A stretch of DNA of 63,850 bases, the filler included, from Raillietiella orientalis (Eukaryota): NCBI GenBank assembly GCA_036172245.1. It is 3 parts of 3 records of this genome, joined end to end, with 100 filler letters (N's around TTAATTAATTAA, not from the genome) between each part and the next. Parts side by side here need not be neighbours in the genome. Positions count along the whole stretch, not along the records: positions 1 to 24,498 come from JAYWIR010000220.1; 2 more parts are not named here. The stretch is one strand, 5' to 3'. Shown here piece after piece: positions 1-12,490 of this stretch (its first letter is position 1; each line of letters starts with the position of its first letter). The notes under the pieces were generated by a model, which had not been told where the DNA came from, ran no database searches, and saw only the letters and a program-made list of their open reading frames with translations. The position numbers and the translations under genes were made by a program.

Positions 1-360
1 TGGTTGATAAGTTGAGGTTGTTGGACAAGGAATATTATGAATTGAGTGATAGAAACAAGGTAGGTTATAATGGGTCCTGTAATTATGACGGGGTGATGGT
101 GGGGATGTGGACGATTTACCCTAGGAGTTGAGGTTTAATGGGGGGGGGGGATAATGGGTTTGATATTGTTTGTGTGTTATTTGACTGGGAGAATATATGG
201 GATGTTAATAAGTGGGTGGATTAGGTATAATAAATATAGATATGTTGGTGTGCTGCGTTCAGTAGCTCAAACGATTTCTTATGAGGTATGTATGATTATT
301 GTATCGACGAGTGTGGTTGTGTATGTGGGTGGATATAAGTTGGAGTTAGAAATGAGAGGG
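1..360 (+). pseudogene. nad1: NADH dehydrogenase subunit 1 fragment (NUMT)
   Basis: In the mitochondrial code reads GWISYNKYSYVGVLRSVAQTISYEV, the ND1 GW..SKY..LG.LR.VAQTISYEV signature; truncated at ~360. Confidence 0.9.
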
Positions 361-399
361 TGAAAGGTTAGGAGTAAGTGAAAGGTTAGGAGTGGAAGG

Positions 400-1230
400 C
401 ATCTTGTTAATGGGAGTGTTTTTGTGAAATTACCAGTTTATGCTGTTTATTTATGGCTTCCGAAAGCTCATGTAGAATCCGTTTCTTATGGTTCCATAAT
501 TCTTGCTGGCGTTATGTTGAAATTAGGTAGTTATGGGTTAGTATGGTTATTAATGAAATACGGGTACATACAGGTATGAATCTTTCCAATTACTCCACCC
601 TGGTCCAGCCAGGATTATGGTTGTGAGCTTTTATTCGATGGGAGTAGGTTAGTAGGTTGTGTGATTGGGGGTTTAATGTGTTTTCGACAAGTGGATTATA
701 AGGTAATAATGGCGTATTCTTTAATTTCTCACATAAGGGTTATTGTAGGTGGAAGATTAGTGGGAGGTGAAATGGGGGTAATGGGGTGTGTTTTGATAAT
801 GGTGGCTCATGGTTATGTATCGTCTGGTTTATTTTTTCTTAAGGGTTTAATGTTTGAATGATTGGGGAGGCAATCGATGTATTTGAGAGGTGAAATGAAA
901 TTGGGGTATGGGGGATTGGGGGGTTTGATTATGGTTTTGTGTTTTTAATATGTCATGTCCATTAAGATTGGGATAGTTGGGAGAAATTATAATGTACATG
1001 GGGATGGTTACTGTGGTGATGTATGTATGTTACTGTGGGGATGGTTACTGTGGTGTTATATTGAGGTGTTATTATGTTGGTAGGAGGGGGTTATAGAATG
1101 TATATGATGAGTATGTTGTATCATGGGAGGATGGTACTGGAAGGAAAATTTGTAGTAATGATGAAATGTTTTCATGGTGATGTGTGTGGTAGCAAGGGTG
1201 ATTAGAATCTGTCAAGATGGTTTGATAGTT
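400..1230 (+). pseudogene. nad4: NADH dehydrogenase subunit 4, 3' part (NUMT)
   Basis: FVKLPVY..LWLPKAHVE..GSMILAGVMLKLGSYG, CFRQVDYKVMMAYS and MVAHGYVSSGLF motifs; frameshifted; ends approximate. Confidence 0.92.
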
Positions 1231-1233
1231 GCT

Positions 1234-1293
1234 CTCAAGATAGTTTAATAAGAATGAAGATTTGTGGTATCGTAGGTAGTTATTGGCTTTGAA
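1234..1293 (+). tRNA. trnH: mitochondrial tRNA-His (GTG) pseudogene in NUMT
   Basis: Anticodon loop TTGTGGT (GTG at 1264-1266), acceptor-like TCAAG...CTTTGA, located between nad4 and nad5 as in the arthropod nad4-H-nad5 block. Confidence 0.75.
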
Positions 1294-1635
1294 TTATATA
1301 TTGGGGTTGGTTAGGATGATAGTTGTAAGTGTGGGTTTGTGAATTATTTGTTGAGACTAGATGGAGTAGTGTTGATATAGTGATCATTAATGAGATTGGG
1401 GGGGTTGGAATGAGGGTGTTGTTCGTTGTGGATTGTAAGTGTTATGGGGTATATAATAGTTGTTTCATTTTTAGTTATGGTGTATAGTTGGGAATATGTA
1501 GAATGGAGGAAAAAGTGTTTTTTGACGTATTTTGGTTTGTAGTGAGTATGCTATTATTGCTTACGAGTGGTAATTTAGTGATGGTTGTTTTGGGATGAGA
1601 TGGATTGGATATTTCTTATTTGTGTTTGGTCGATT
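1294..1635 (+). pseudogene. nad5: NADH dehydrogenase subunit 5, 5' fragment (NUMT)
   Basis: FVVSMLLLLTSGNLVMVVLGWDGLDISYLCLV (ND5 GWDGLG..S..LV motif, TGA=W); truncated. Confidence 0.85.
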
Positions 1636-1752
1636 TTGGGTGTGGAAGGTTGATGATGAAGTGTATAAGGGGGTGAATATGATTATAGTTAAGGTGATAA
1701 TGGTGAACATAAGAAGCAGAAGAAGACATTATATGAGTATTAAGTGAGGAAT
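1636..1752 (-). pseudogene. atp8: ATP synthase subunit 8, 5' fragment (NUMT)
   Basis: Minus strand starts ATT CCT CAC TTA ATA (IPHLM, cf. MPQM.P), then a hydrophobic run; lies just after trnD. Confidence 0.65.
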
Positions 1753-1766
1753 TGAATTAATAATTC

Positions 1767-1826
1767 TAGAATTTACTGTGGTAATTATAACATGACAAGT
1801 TATTGTTGTTTTTTAACTAAAATTCT
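1767..1826 (-). tRNA. trnD: mitochondrial tRNA-Asp (GTC) pseudogene in NUMT
   Basis: Minus strand AGAATTT...ATAAC TTGTCAT GTTAT...AAATTCT: acceptor and anticodon stems pair. Confidence 0.85.
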
Positions 1827-1834
1827 GAATTTTG

Positions 1835-2496
1835 TTATGAGAATGTGGACATGAAATTTTGTGGATTGGAGTTGAGTTGGATACTTATAAAGCTGTGTTT
1901 AATGCCACAGATTTCAGAGCATTGAAGAAGAAGGCAGGTTTATCTAAAATAGAATGCCAGGTTTGTCTAAAAAGATGGATTGTTGATTGCGTCATCCAAG
2001 GATTTTGATGCCTAATGAAGGAATGGTTCATGAGTGAAGGACATCTGATGATGTAATGATCATGCAAACTATGATGTTGTAGGGTAGTAGTAAGTGATTG
2101 TCTGTGGTAAGTAGATGTAGATGTTGTCTGTTGGGGATTATGAATGAATCGAATTTAGTGTTTTTGAAATCTGAATATACGTATGTTCAGAATCATTGAT
2201 TGGCAATTGCTTTGATGGTTAAGGAGGGTGACTGGTTATTGTCTAAGTGGCAGACGATGTGAAGGGGAGGGAATATGATTGATAGAAGGATGAGTGAGGG
2301 CGATAGGGCTTCAAATGTGTTCTATGAGGTGGTTGTTGAGTAGGAGAAGGTTGGTGTGAAAGTTTGTTACGTAGGTAAAGGTGTTGTATAGAATTATTAA
2401 GCAGATGGTGATTAAAATGGTTACCATATAGTCATGTAATAGAATGAGATGTTCTATGAGAAGAAAGTATGAGTTTTGGAACATGAGTGGGAGTAT
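1835..2496 (-). pseudogene. cox2: cytochrome c oxidase subunit 2 (NUMT)
   Basis: N-term MLPLMFQNS..LMEHLILLHD; C-term QCSEICGIKHSFM (CuA motif); TAA at 1835-1837; frameshifted. Confidence 0.92.
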
Positions 2497-2551
2497 TACT
2501 AAGTATTATGAATGGATTTTAAGTCCAGTGCATTAATTCTGCCATATTAGT
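2497..2551 (-). tRNA. trnL2: mitochondrial tRNA-Leu(UUR) pseudogene between cox1 and cox2
   Basis: Minus strand ACTAATATGGCAGAATTAATGCACTGGACTTAAAATCCATTCATAATACTTAGTA; TAA anticodon; T-arm appears replaced by a short loop. Confidence 0.85.
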
Positions 2552-4073
<1,522 letters not shown>

Positions 4074-4083
4074 AATAAGTTCA

Positions 4084-4138
4084 TAAGATTTTATATTTCT
4101 AACTTTGAAGGTTAGTATTTTATTTAACTTATAATCTT
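4084..4138 (-). tRNA. trnW: mitochondrial tRNA-Trp (TCA) pseudogene
   Basis: Minus strand AAGATT...CTAAC CTTCAAA GTTAG...AATCTT; about 55 nt, no T-arm visible. Confidence 0.85.
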
Positions 4139-4152
4139 GAAATGTTAGGTAA

Positions 4153-4212
4153 AGTAAAATGGCTGAGGAAAGCAGTAAATTGTAAATTTATTTATGATGA
4201 AATCTTTTACTA
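4153..4212 (+). tRNA. trnY: mitochondrial tRNA-Tyr (GTA) pseudogene
   Basis: AGTAAAATGGCTGAGGAAAGCAGTAAATTGTAAATTTAT...TTTTACTA, a typical arthropod trnY. Confidence 0.85.
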
Positions 4213-4236
4213 TTGAGTGACGGAATGTTATTCTGG

Positions 4237-4275
4237 AGTTTCTAGAATTGCAAGTTCTATGTTGTCTGAGAACTG
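4237..4275 (+). tRNA. trnC: mitochondrial tRNA-Cys (GCA) pseudogene, apparently lacking a D-arm
   Basis: Anticodon arm TAGAA TTGCAAG TTCTA; acceptor-like AGTTTC...GAGAACT; boundaries uncertain. Confidence 0.65.
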
Positions 4276-4998
4276 ATAAGAAATAGTAGTGGTACAAGGT
4301 GGTATAAGGTGCGCACTAAAATCTGAGTTTAGGGGATATGTTAAAGGTATCTTGTAAATTGAGAGTTGATCGATGTGTTGGTAGTTAGAGTAGAAATGAG
4401 AAGGGTAAAAATGTGAGGAGAAGAGAGATGGACATGGGAAGGAAAGGTGGTATGGGGGCAGTTCTGGGTTCGTTTTTTGGAAGGATGGTGAATGATGGGA
4501 GTCTAATGTTGAGATAGATGAGAAGAGAGATTGAGGAGGAAATGATTAAGATGATTGCTAGTGGGATGGGAATCAGTTCTAAAGTTGTTCATTTGGGGAA
4601 AAAGCCTGGGAGGGAGGGTATGCAGGAGAGGTTGAGTAATATGAAAGTATGCTTGTTTTCTGTAAAAGTAGGAGGCATCTAAGTGTATTAAACGAATAAA
4701 TGGTTAAATATGTAATTCATATTGTGGAAGATAGGTTAATTGTGAAAGTTATTCAGATATAGGGGAGGCAGATGAATAAATTATGAGTAACTGTATGGAG
4801 GAGGTAGATAGGGCCATAATACAAGAGAGTGTAGCTCTGAGAATTGTGGAAATTAAAATAATTGATGATGGTAGAAGGGAAATGATGAATGTGGGGCAAC
4901 TTTTGTGAGGTTAGGAGGATATTGATTGATAGTCATGAACAATTGTTGATCATAAGTAATAATTAATAATGGGTATTATGCCTAGAAGTAGCACAATA
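4276..4998 (-). pseudogene. nad2: NADH dehydrogenase subunit 2, 3' part (NUMT)
   Basis: LNLSCMPSLPGFFPKW (ND2 LS.GG.PP..GF.PKW motif) near 4590-4640; same base skew; 5' end cut by the retrotransposon fragment. Confidence 0.8.
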
Positions 4999-6470
4999 TG
5001 GGAACTGGGATAAAGTGACGTCAAAGCCAACTCATCGTGCCAAATTTCATTGCTCCCTGGCACGATTTTGAATTGGTGAGTTCTCACCAGTGCTCGTTTC
5101 CCTTGCCAGGTGGGGTGGATGTGCACCCACTATCCATTGGTATGCATCAGCGCAGACATCAGGACCCTCGAGTTCGACAACTACGAGTATGCCCTGCTCA
5201 CTGCTAAGGCCATCCCTCCCGTTTCGAGGGGAGATCTAGAAGTTGTCCCGCGTCCATAGACTCCACGGAGTGTTCTAGCAACTTCATTCTGGACTCTCCT
5301 TCTTCACGAGGGCGCCACAGCAATTTGAGCCTAACTCTCGGCCTAAATTTCCACAATCCGATCTTCCTTTGGAGGTTTTCAAGCTCCACCTTTGCTTTGT
5401 CTATTCGGCAGAAGAACGCTCCGTAGAGCACCTTAGGAAGGAGACCGCCATTCCACAAGATGGCTTTCCGCTTCATGTTGAAGTACACGCGAGTGTACTT
5501 GGTGGCTGAGGGTGGCCATCTGGTGTTGATTTGATCTTGTTTTTGTTAGTTTTTCGTTTGGGGCATGTGTTCCTCTTCCTATTCTGAGGTCTGGTATCAC
5601 CCATGTCGCTTTCGGACTCTTCATAGTCCGTGCTATCGGCGACTGGGTGCACGCTGCAGGTGAGGCCGTTGATCGGTTCGGAACAAGGCAAAAACGTGGG
5701 CGCCACACTAGTGTATGTCTTTTTGATGTTGAATAGTCTATCCTCCGGCACGAGTCGTTGCTCGTCGTTAGGGACGCATTCATCGCTGGATATTTCCACC
5801 ATGCAGGTTCTCTCGAGTGCTTCCGTCCTTGATTCCACTCGTTCGATTTGTGCGAGCTCTGCTTGCATGTTGGCAACTTCCACCAACTCCGAAGGTGGCG
5901 CAGAAATCTCCATCAGCTTCTCGGTTGTCGCGGCAACTTCCGCCGACTCTTCTGAGGATAGTTGAGCGACTCACTTCATCTTCCTTTTCTTATTTTCCTC
6001 GGTGAATACCTCTGCGGTCATGGCAGTCTCCTCGGTCAGAGGAGCTTGTATTGAGGCATTAGGCTATCGAGTCTTGTTTTGCCACCCCTGGCACCTTGGC
6101 GTCTTCAAAGCGTGTCATCATTGCAAACCTTTCCTCTGAGAAGATCTCCCCTAACAGGTTGCATACTTCCAGCTGCATGATTTCTCCGTACTGGAACACG
6201 AATTTCTTCATGGTATTCTTACTGGTGTTAAAGTAGAGATTTTTCAGGACTCTTCTCGTGGAGGTTTCGCCCATTCCACCCAACAGTAGAACATATATTG
6301 ACAGCCTTTTATCTTTAATTGCTTCGACAAGCGGGTCCCATGATGTGCATATGGTAAAGCCGGTCGCGCAGGGAATAATGGCCTGTGTTACGTTGAAGTC
6401 GACGTTTTAAGGGTGAAAAGCGATGTAAATGTCCTTCACATTAGCAGTTAGGAGAAGGTCGTTAAATGAG
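4999..6470 (-). mobile_element. Unit E: heavily deleted, diverged copy of the Tx1-like LINE family
   Basis: ORF1 RRM remnant (ANVKDIYIA...FNTSK...QYGE...GEIFSEE) at 6060-6460; ORF1 C-terminus at 5520-6000; ORF2 start ATGGCCACC joined to the post-RT region ATKYTRVYFNMKRKAILWNG; no U1 head. Confidence 0.85.
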
Positions 6471-6529
6471 TTTGCTTTGAAGTAATTCATTCCATCGCTT
6501 GTGAGACTAGGGAACCATCCTGTTCGCTA

Positions 6530-9306
6530 CCGCAATTTTCGGTGCACATGGCCTTCGTGGGCATCACCATCGGTTTCTAGGGGGACACCACTCCTGTCCT
6601 CTGAAACAAACCCAAAAGTGTGCCTTTCTGTCTTCCTCTGCAGACACCTCACCGCCTTCACCGCGTTCCAGTCTGGTCGAAGAGTAGGGAAGGTGAGTAC
6701 GTGGAGTTGAGTTTGGTCTTCGCACGCCATGCAGAATTCGTTCTTCTGTCTCCCGGTCCAGTGCCACATTCTGGAACCACTCAAAATGCCTCCGTTGAAG
6801 AACAAAAGGAGGTCGTCCTGAGTGTCTGGGGGTAGGTCACTCCTCATCAGAGCAGCCCCGACGGCCAGCACATTGGCTTGCGCTGGGCCGTAGCGGCTCG
6901 AGGCTGCGTCCAGGGCATTGAGGTCTTCCTGCTTCTTCGAGGTTTCCACCATGATGTTATCTTTGGTCATGAGCAGCCACGACTCCTGCGGCTGCTCCTT
7001 CCAAAAGTCCCGAATGCGATGGTTGAAACAACCCCGCAAGGTCGTGGTCAGGCGATGCAGTCGCAGTTGGTGCCGGCTGGCACTGGTAGCGAACTGCTCG
7101 CACCGTCGGATGTTCAATCTAGGCCTTTGGTTCAACCAGTTCACCGTCTTCTTTGGGATCGGGATGAAGTGAGGTATCACCATGGCCAGTTCTTCGTCCC
7201 ATATCTCGGAGCTGCGAGGCACGATTTTGAACCCTTGGGTTCTCACCAGTGCCTGCTTCCGCTTCCACGTAGGGTCGATGTCAATCCACTGTCCTGTGGC
7301 ACCTATGAGCGCTGACATCAGGCCCCTCGAGCCGTTCAACAGCTTCCAGTACGCCCGGTGCGCTGCATAGGGCCAGTCTTCCCAACTTCTGGTGAGATCC
7401 AGGAGCTGGCGCGCATCCATGCTTTCCACGGAGTGTTGCAACAGCTTCATCCCGGTCCCACCGTGCTCGCGAGGGCGGCACAGAAGTTTGAGCCGTACCC
7501 TGGGTCTATATTCCCGCCAGAGGATCTTCCTTTGTAGCCTTTCCAGTTCGTCCTTCGTCTTCTTGTCCATTCGGCATAAGGCCGCTCCATAGGACAAATT
7601 GGGAAGAACTCCATTCCACAAGGCGGACCTCCGCTTCATGTTGAAGTCGACGCGGGTGTACTTGGTGGCTTCATCGGTGACCTTAACGAGGATCTCCTGC
7701 CACCGGCAGCGAGACAAGATCTGGTCGCCAAGGTGGATTCCCAGGTGTTTTACGGTATCTGCCGCTCGGAATCCGGCTTCTTGCAGTGCGCAGAAGTTCA
7801 TGATTCCCGATTGGCAGCGGTGGCTCTACTGGGTGTTGATCCCAACTCCCAGTACTATTTACAATTGCTTGATTACACCTAGGATGGCTTCTTGATCTCG
7901 TTCCTACTTTAGGAAGAACAGGAGATCCTCCTCATACGCCAGGTGTATCAGCTGCTGTCCATCGATTCGTATTCGTTGGAGGCGGCTGCCCCGATCTATG
8001 ATCGCGGACACCGCCTCCATGTAGAGCACGAACAGCATCGGGCTCAGGGCGTCACCTTGGCGAACACCCCTTTCCATTTCAATTGCTGCCGTCTCCAGCC
8101 CGTTCAAATTGATCTTCACACGTTGCTCCCTCAAGGTTCATTCCAAGTAGTGAATGAAGAAGCTTGGGAAGCCCAGTTTCCTCAAGAACTTCAGCAGCAT
8201 CTCGTGGTCTATGGTATCGAACGCCGTCTCCATATCCGTTAGCCCAAGCACCAGGTCTTCGCCTACATATAGGCAATAACCAATGGTGGCCAGGGCGCAC
8301 TTCACGTTCGCAGACATGCTTCGTCCGGGCACCGCGCACGTCTGCGCTGGAGACACTACCGATGCCATCGACCAGCGATTGGCCCAAATCTTGACCAGCG
8401 ACTTGGCATGCGTGTTGAGGATGGTGATCGGCCGCCATTGGGTGACTTCCATCAGGTCGCCCCTCTTGGGCAGCAATGTCATGCTTTCCTCGTGTAACGG
8501 TGTTGGCAGTCTTCTTCCTGGATTGCGATTGTGAGTTCGTAGAACAGGCGAAGGTAGGCGTGCAGGTACCGCTGATGGTGCGAGATCGGAACACTATCGG
8601 GACCTGCGGCCATATCCTTGCGCTGTCCAGCGAAGTCAATCTTGATTTGCTCTGGGGAGATCTCTTCTTTCATCTTCTGTTGGTCTTGTTTCTTTACTCG
8701 CGGATGTAGGTACCTCAGGATGTTCTGTTGTTCCGTCGGGCACAGACGTCGCCGCCGGAAGTGGTAGACGTAATGATGGTGGAACGTTTCCGCGATTCCT
8801 TCCGACGTGTGCCTGAGTTCGTCTGCGTGCCGGATGGAGAGCACGTCGCTGGCGATGTTCGTCCTTTCCGGCACTCCAACCTCCCCTTTCACCGTCTTGA
8901 AGACGTACCGGCTCTCGTACTGGAACCCGTATTTCGAGAGCGAGCGATCTTGTTGCTGTTCTAGCTCATGGTACGCTTCCGACCTCATCTTCCAGTCGCC
9001 GAACTGCATGTTATTGAACAGATGGATGGTGCGCTTCAGCCTGTCCCAGTCGCCGACCCTGCGTATGGTGGTGTTGCGCAGGATCGCCTCGATCATGTCC
9101 TGGTAATAGGGATGCGTCTCGAACCATGCGGGCATGCATACTAATGCAGCCTGCACTTCCTCAGGGGGTGTTGCGTTTTTCACGTGGATCGTAGCAAGGT
9201 TCGATCCGACAGTACTGATGGAGTTTTCTTGAAGCCTTGCACACGATTGACGATGTCTCCAGGATGTGACGTTTATGTTCGTGAACGTCGACAGGAAGGT
9301 GGTCAT
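6530..9306 (-). pseudogene. Unit A ORF2 (RT + Zn finger; endonuclease mostly deleted)
   Basis: AAGPD, LLPKRGDL, WRPITILN, DMETAFDTIDH, GVRQGDALSPMLF, YEED (broken YADD), VKHLGI, CMACEDQTQLHVL; stops and frameshifts. Confidence 0.92.
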
Positions 9307-9312
9307 AGTTGA

Positions 9313-12034
9313 TTAGTTGGATGAACTGATCTTTTTGTTCTTTTTCGGGAACGATGTCGTCTTGCTCTTTTCTCTTCGCTGCTCCCAAATGTTCCTGTCT
9401 GTACCGACGTAGTCGGTGTTGTCGGCGACCGAGTGCGTGGTGTAGTTGGCGATGCTTTGTGGAGTTGCATAAGGCAATTCGTGAAGCTCGCCGTTAGAGT
9501 ATCTTTTCTTGAATTCCAGAATTCTGTCTTCGAGAGAGAAGCGACTGGCATCATCGGGAACACGCTTGTTGATTGAGATCACCAACGGATAGATGTTTGC
9601 GAAGGCCTGTGATCCCTTTTCCTTGGTGATTGCATCGTTCAGCATTTCCTGCAGTTCCTCCTCCGGGGTGACGTTGGGAATTTTCTCCAGTTTCGCTGTC
9701 GATGCCTCCGGCACCGCCTCCAGTGGCTCGAAAATTTCCGTCTGCTTTTCCATGATGCGTTTTTGTGTAGCCTTTGAAATTGATAGGCTTCTGCTCGGAG
9801 ACTTCTTTCCTTTTGGAGGCATTCACCTCTGCCAGGGGAGCATTCTTTTTTTCCGCTTCGCTATTCTCTTCCGTTGGGAGTGACGGCAGTCCCTGCGCGT
9901 CATTTCACGCAGCATCTCGACGGAATTCTTTTTTGGAATGGCCCGACAGCCGGCAGAAGTAGCACATGATGGGCCTCGTGCACGTCTTGCACGTGTGCCC
10001 CTGCTGGCCGCAGCGGTGGAACTGCGAATTTGAACAAGCGCCGAAGCGATACCCGAACGTTTTGCAGCCCACGCAGAACGCCGGTTGCTGCCTGTAGCAG
10101 ATGAGCACGCATCCGAGAGTGCGTCGATGTAGGCCACTCCCGGGAGCTCGGCCTCGTCGAACAGCTTCATCCGTGCCCAGCCTTCTGCGGAGAAGATGCC
10201 GTGCATCTGATTTTTGAGTTCTACGTGCATTACCTCCCCGTATTGGGAGAGGTAATTGCGGACGGCCAGTCTCGACGTGTTGAAGTCTATGCCTTTCAGG
10301 AAGACTGTCGTGGTTGACACTTCGCCCATTCCGCGGAAGATTCTTCCGTTTATGGGGAGGCTGTGTTCGATGAGTCCCTCTATCAGCGGCTCGCACGACG
10401 TGTAGATTGTGAAGCCGGTGGCGTCCGGGATGATTGCCTGGATGACGTCCAAGTCGACGTTCTTCTGGTGAAGGGCGATGTAGATGTACTCCACGCTGGC
10501 CATCCTGAGAGGCCCGGTCTGCAAAATCACGGGCTTGACTTCCGGACTCACCGTCATGAACGGCAGATCCTCCTCGTTTACCATGTGAACTTCCTGGGCT
10601 GCCGGGTTTCTTCTTTTTGCCGGGGGCACCCCGGGGAAACTTCCGAAAATCGTGAAACTCGCGTTCGACGGGAACGACGGCGCGGCCGCGTACGACGCCG
10701 GGCAGGGAGCCGCGCGCGTAGCTGCGGGCGTTGCTTCCGGCATAGCTTCCGGCGTCGTCTTGGTAGGTGCTGCGAGCGCTGCTCCCGCCTTAGCTGCGCT
10801 CGCAGCACTTCCCAAGGATTTCGGGACTCCTTTGACTTCTGCTGTGACTTTGGCAACTTTTTCCAACTCGGCTGCTTGTACTTCCACCGCTTCCTTGGAT
10901 GGCTCGGCCTCTTCCGCCGGTGCTTCCACAGAAGGTTGTGGTGCTGTCCTTTTCTTCCGCTTGGTGGGCTTCTTTCTCCCTTCGTTGGGTTCTCCCGTCT
11001 TCCTTGCAGTAACCTTGTTCGAAGGAGCCACCTTCTCTTTTTCTGCTTCCTCGGGTTCTGTCGGGAGTGGCGGCAGGCCCTGCGAATCTCTCCCTGCGGC
11101 GTATCGTCTGCATTCCTTCTTGGAATGACCAGACAAGCCGCAGAAGTAGCAGTTTATGGGCTGGTTGCATTCCCGGTGGAAGTGGCCCTGCTGGCCGCAT
11201 CGGTGACACTGCGCCCTAGGGCATGTTCCGAAGCGGTGGCCGAACGTCTCGCAACCAGCGCAAAAGATTGGCTGTTGTCTATATTTCAGCAGCACGGATT
11301 GGGAATAGGCGTCTATGTACGCCAGGTCCGGCATCTTCGCGTTCTCGAACAAACGCATCCTGGCGAATCCCTCCCCAGAGAAGATCTCGCCGTATTGATT
11401 CCGTAGTTCGAGATGTACAACTTCCCCCTACTGGCATAGAAAGTCCTTTATCGTTTTCTTGAGGGTGTTAAAGTCGATCCCTTTTATGTATACGGTCGTC
11501 GTGGAGGTTTTTCCCACTCCACGGAACAGACGACAATTTATCGTCAGACCCTGCTCTACCAGGCCTTCAATCAACGGCTCACGCGGTGTAAATGTGGAAG
11601 CCGGTTCCGCTGGGTATGATGGCGTTGATCACATCCGAGTCTACGTTGCTCTGGTGAAGGGCTATGTATATGCCCTAAACATTCGCCATGCGGAGGGGAG
11701 CCGTGTTGAACACGACAGGTTTCGCCTCCGCATCCCTGCGAAGAATGGGTTCGTCTTCATCGTCGAGCACGAAACGTGCTGGCTGCACCGATGTACGCTT
11801 TTTCGCTGGGGGTATCCCAGGAAAATCATTCGTCCTTGCCACTTCCGCATACGAACGGCTAGATGGCGCCGCCGCTGCTGCCGCTGCCGACGACGCAGGG
11901 CGGATCCATACGGGCGTCGCAACCAGCTTTGCAGGGGTCGCCGCTCCCGCGCACGCTGCGTTCGGCCGTACCGCCGATGTCGCCGCCAGCGCCTCTACCG
12001 GCCTCGCAGATGTGGAGACGTCCATCGCCTCCAT
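9313..12034 (-). pseudogene. Unit A ORF1, chimeric: two Ala-rich + RRM + 3xCCHC modules in tandem
   Basis: Module 1 knuckles CAGCETFGHRFGTC/CHRCGQQGHFHREC/CYFCGLSGHSKKEC (~11090-11265); module 2 CVGCKTFGY../FHRCGQQGHTCKTC/CYFCRLSGHSKKEF (~9925-10075); frameshifts. Confidence 0.88.
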
Positions 12035-12171
12035 TTTCCCCCAGTGGGGCCGATCCCGTGGGGCAACGTCCTCCTCCGCACACTGGGTGGTAGGGCAAAG
12101 TCCACGGTCCCTTTCTGTCACAAACTTTCCGCACAGCACTTTAAAAAAAACACTTTCCTTCAAGAATTTCG

Positions 12172-12335
12172 CAGGAGTCCGCGCGAACGCAGTCTCCCAG
12201 CCTAAAAATTATGCTTCCGAGTAACCCACGTTTGGGGTTATCGCAGAGGTCAGCCCAATCGCAGTGCAATGATCGAGCCTCACTCTGGAGGGATCTCCAT
12301 GGTGACCAAGATTGTCCCCAAGTCCGACAAGCGGT
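12172..12335 (-). ncRNA. U1: Variant U1 snRNA-like sequence, copy 1 (164 nt)
   Basis: Minus strand ACCGCTTGTCGGACTTGGGGACAATCTTGGTCACCATGGAGATCCCTCCAGAGTGAGGCTCGATCATTGCACTGCGATTGGGCTGACCTCTGCGATAACCCCAAACGTGGGTTACTCGGAAGCATAATTTTTAGGCTGGGAGACTGCGTTCGCGCGGACTCCTG. Collinear with metazoan U1: SLII loop ATTGCAC, SLIII loop CAAACGT, Sm site AATTTTTAG, SLIV GCG-TTCG-CGC. Confidence 0.93.
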
Positions 12336-12343
12336 GGGGTGAG

Positions 12344-12349
12344 TTTATT
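12344..12349 (-). terminator. AATAAA polyadenylation-like signal at the 3' end of unit B
   Basis: Same position (8 nt before the U1-like start) at all three junctions. Confidence 0.7.
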
Positions 12350-12490
12350 GAACATCACAAAACCTTACACACTGTACATAAACAGAAACATTCGACTTCA
12401 CAACTAAACACTGTTTCCGTCTTTGGAGTTTCCTTCTTCTCCTCTTTCACAATTAAGTCACTCGTGTTCTCTGGGGAATTAGGGGGCGGG

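Larger units (their letters stand above)
6530..12171 (-). mobile_element. Unit A: Tx1-like (L1 group) non-LTR retrotransposon, defective, 3' UTR missing
   Basis: ORF1 and ORF2 homologous to units B and C; follows U1-like copy 1 on the minus strand. Confidence 0.92.

Noticed and set aside
5098..5112. Minus-strand ACCTGGCAAGGG resembling the canonical U1 5' end
   Set aside because: It aligns to the LINE ORF2 segment coding PTWQGK (PTWKRK in other units), so the match is coincidental.
12138..12155. snRNA 3'-box-like GTGTTTTTTTTAAAG downstream of U1 copy 1
   Set aside because: Only loosely similar to the consensus and not conserved after copies 2 and 3.
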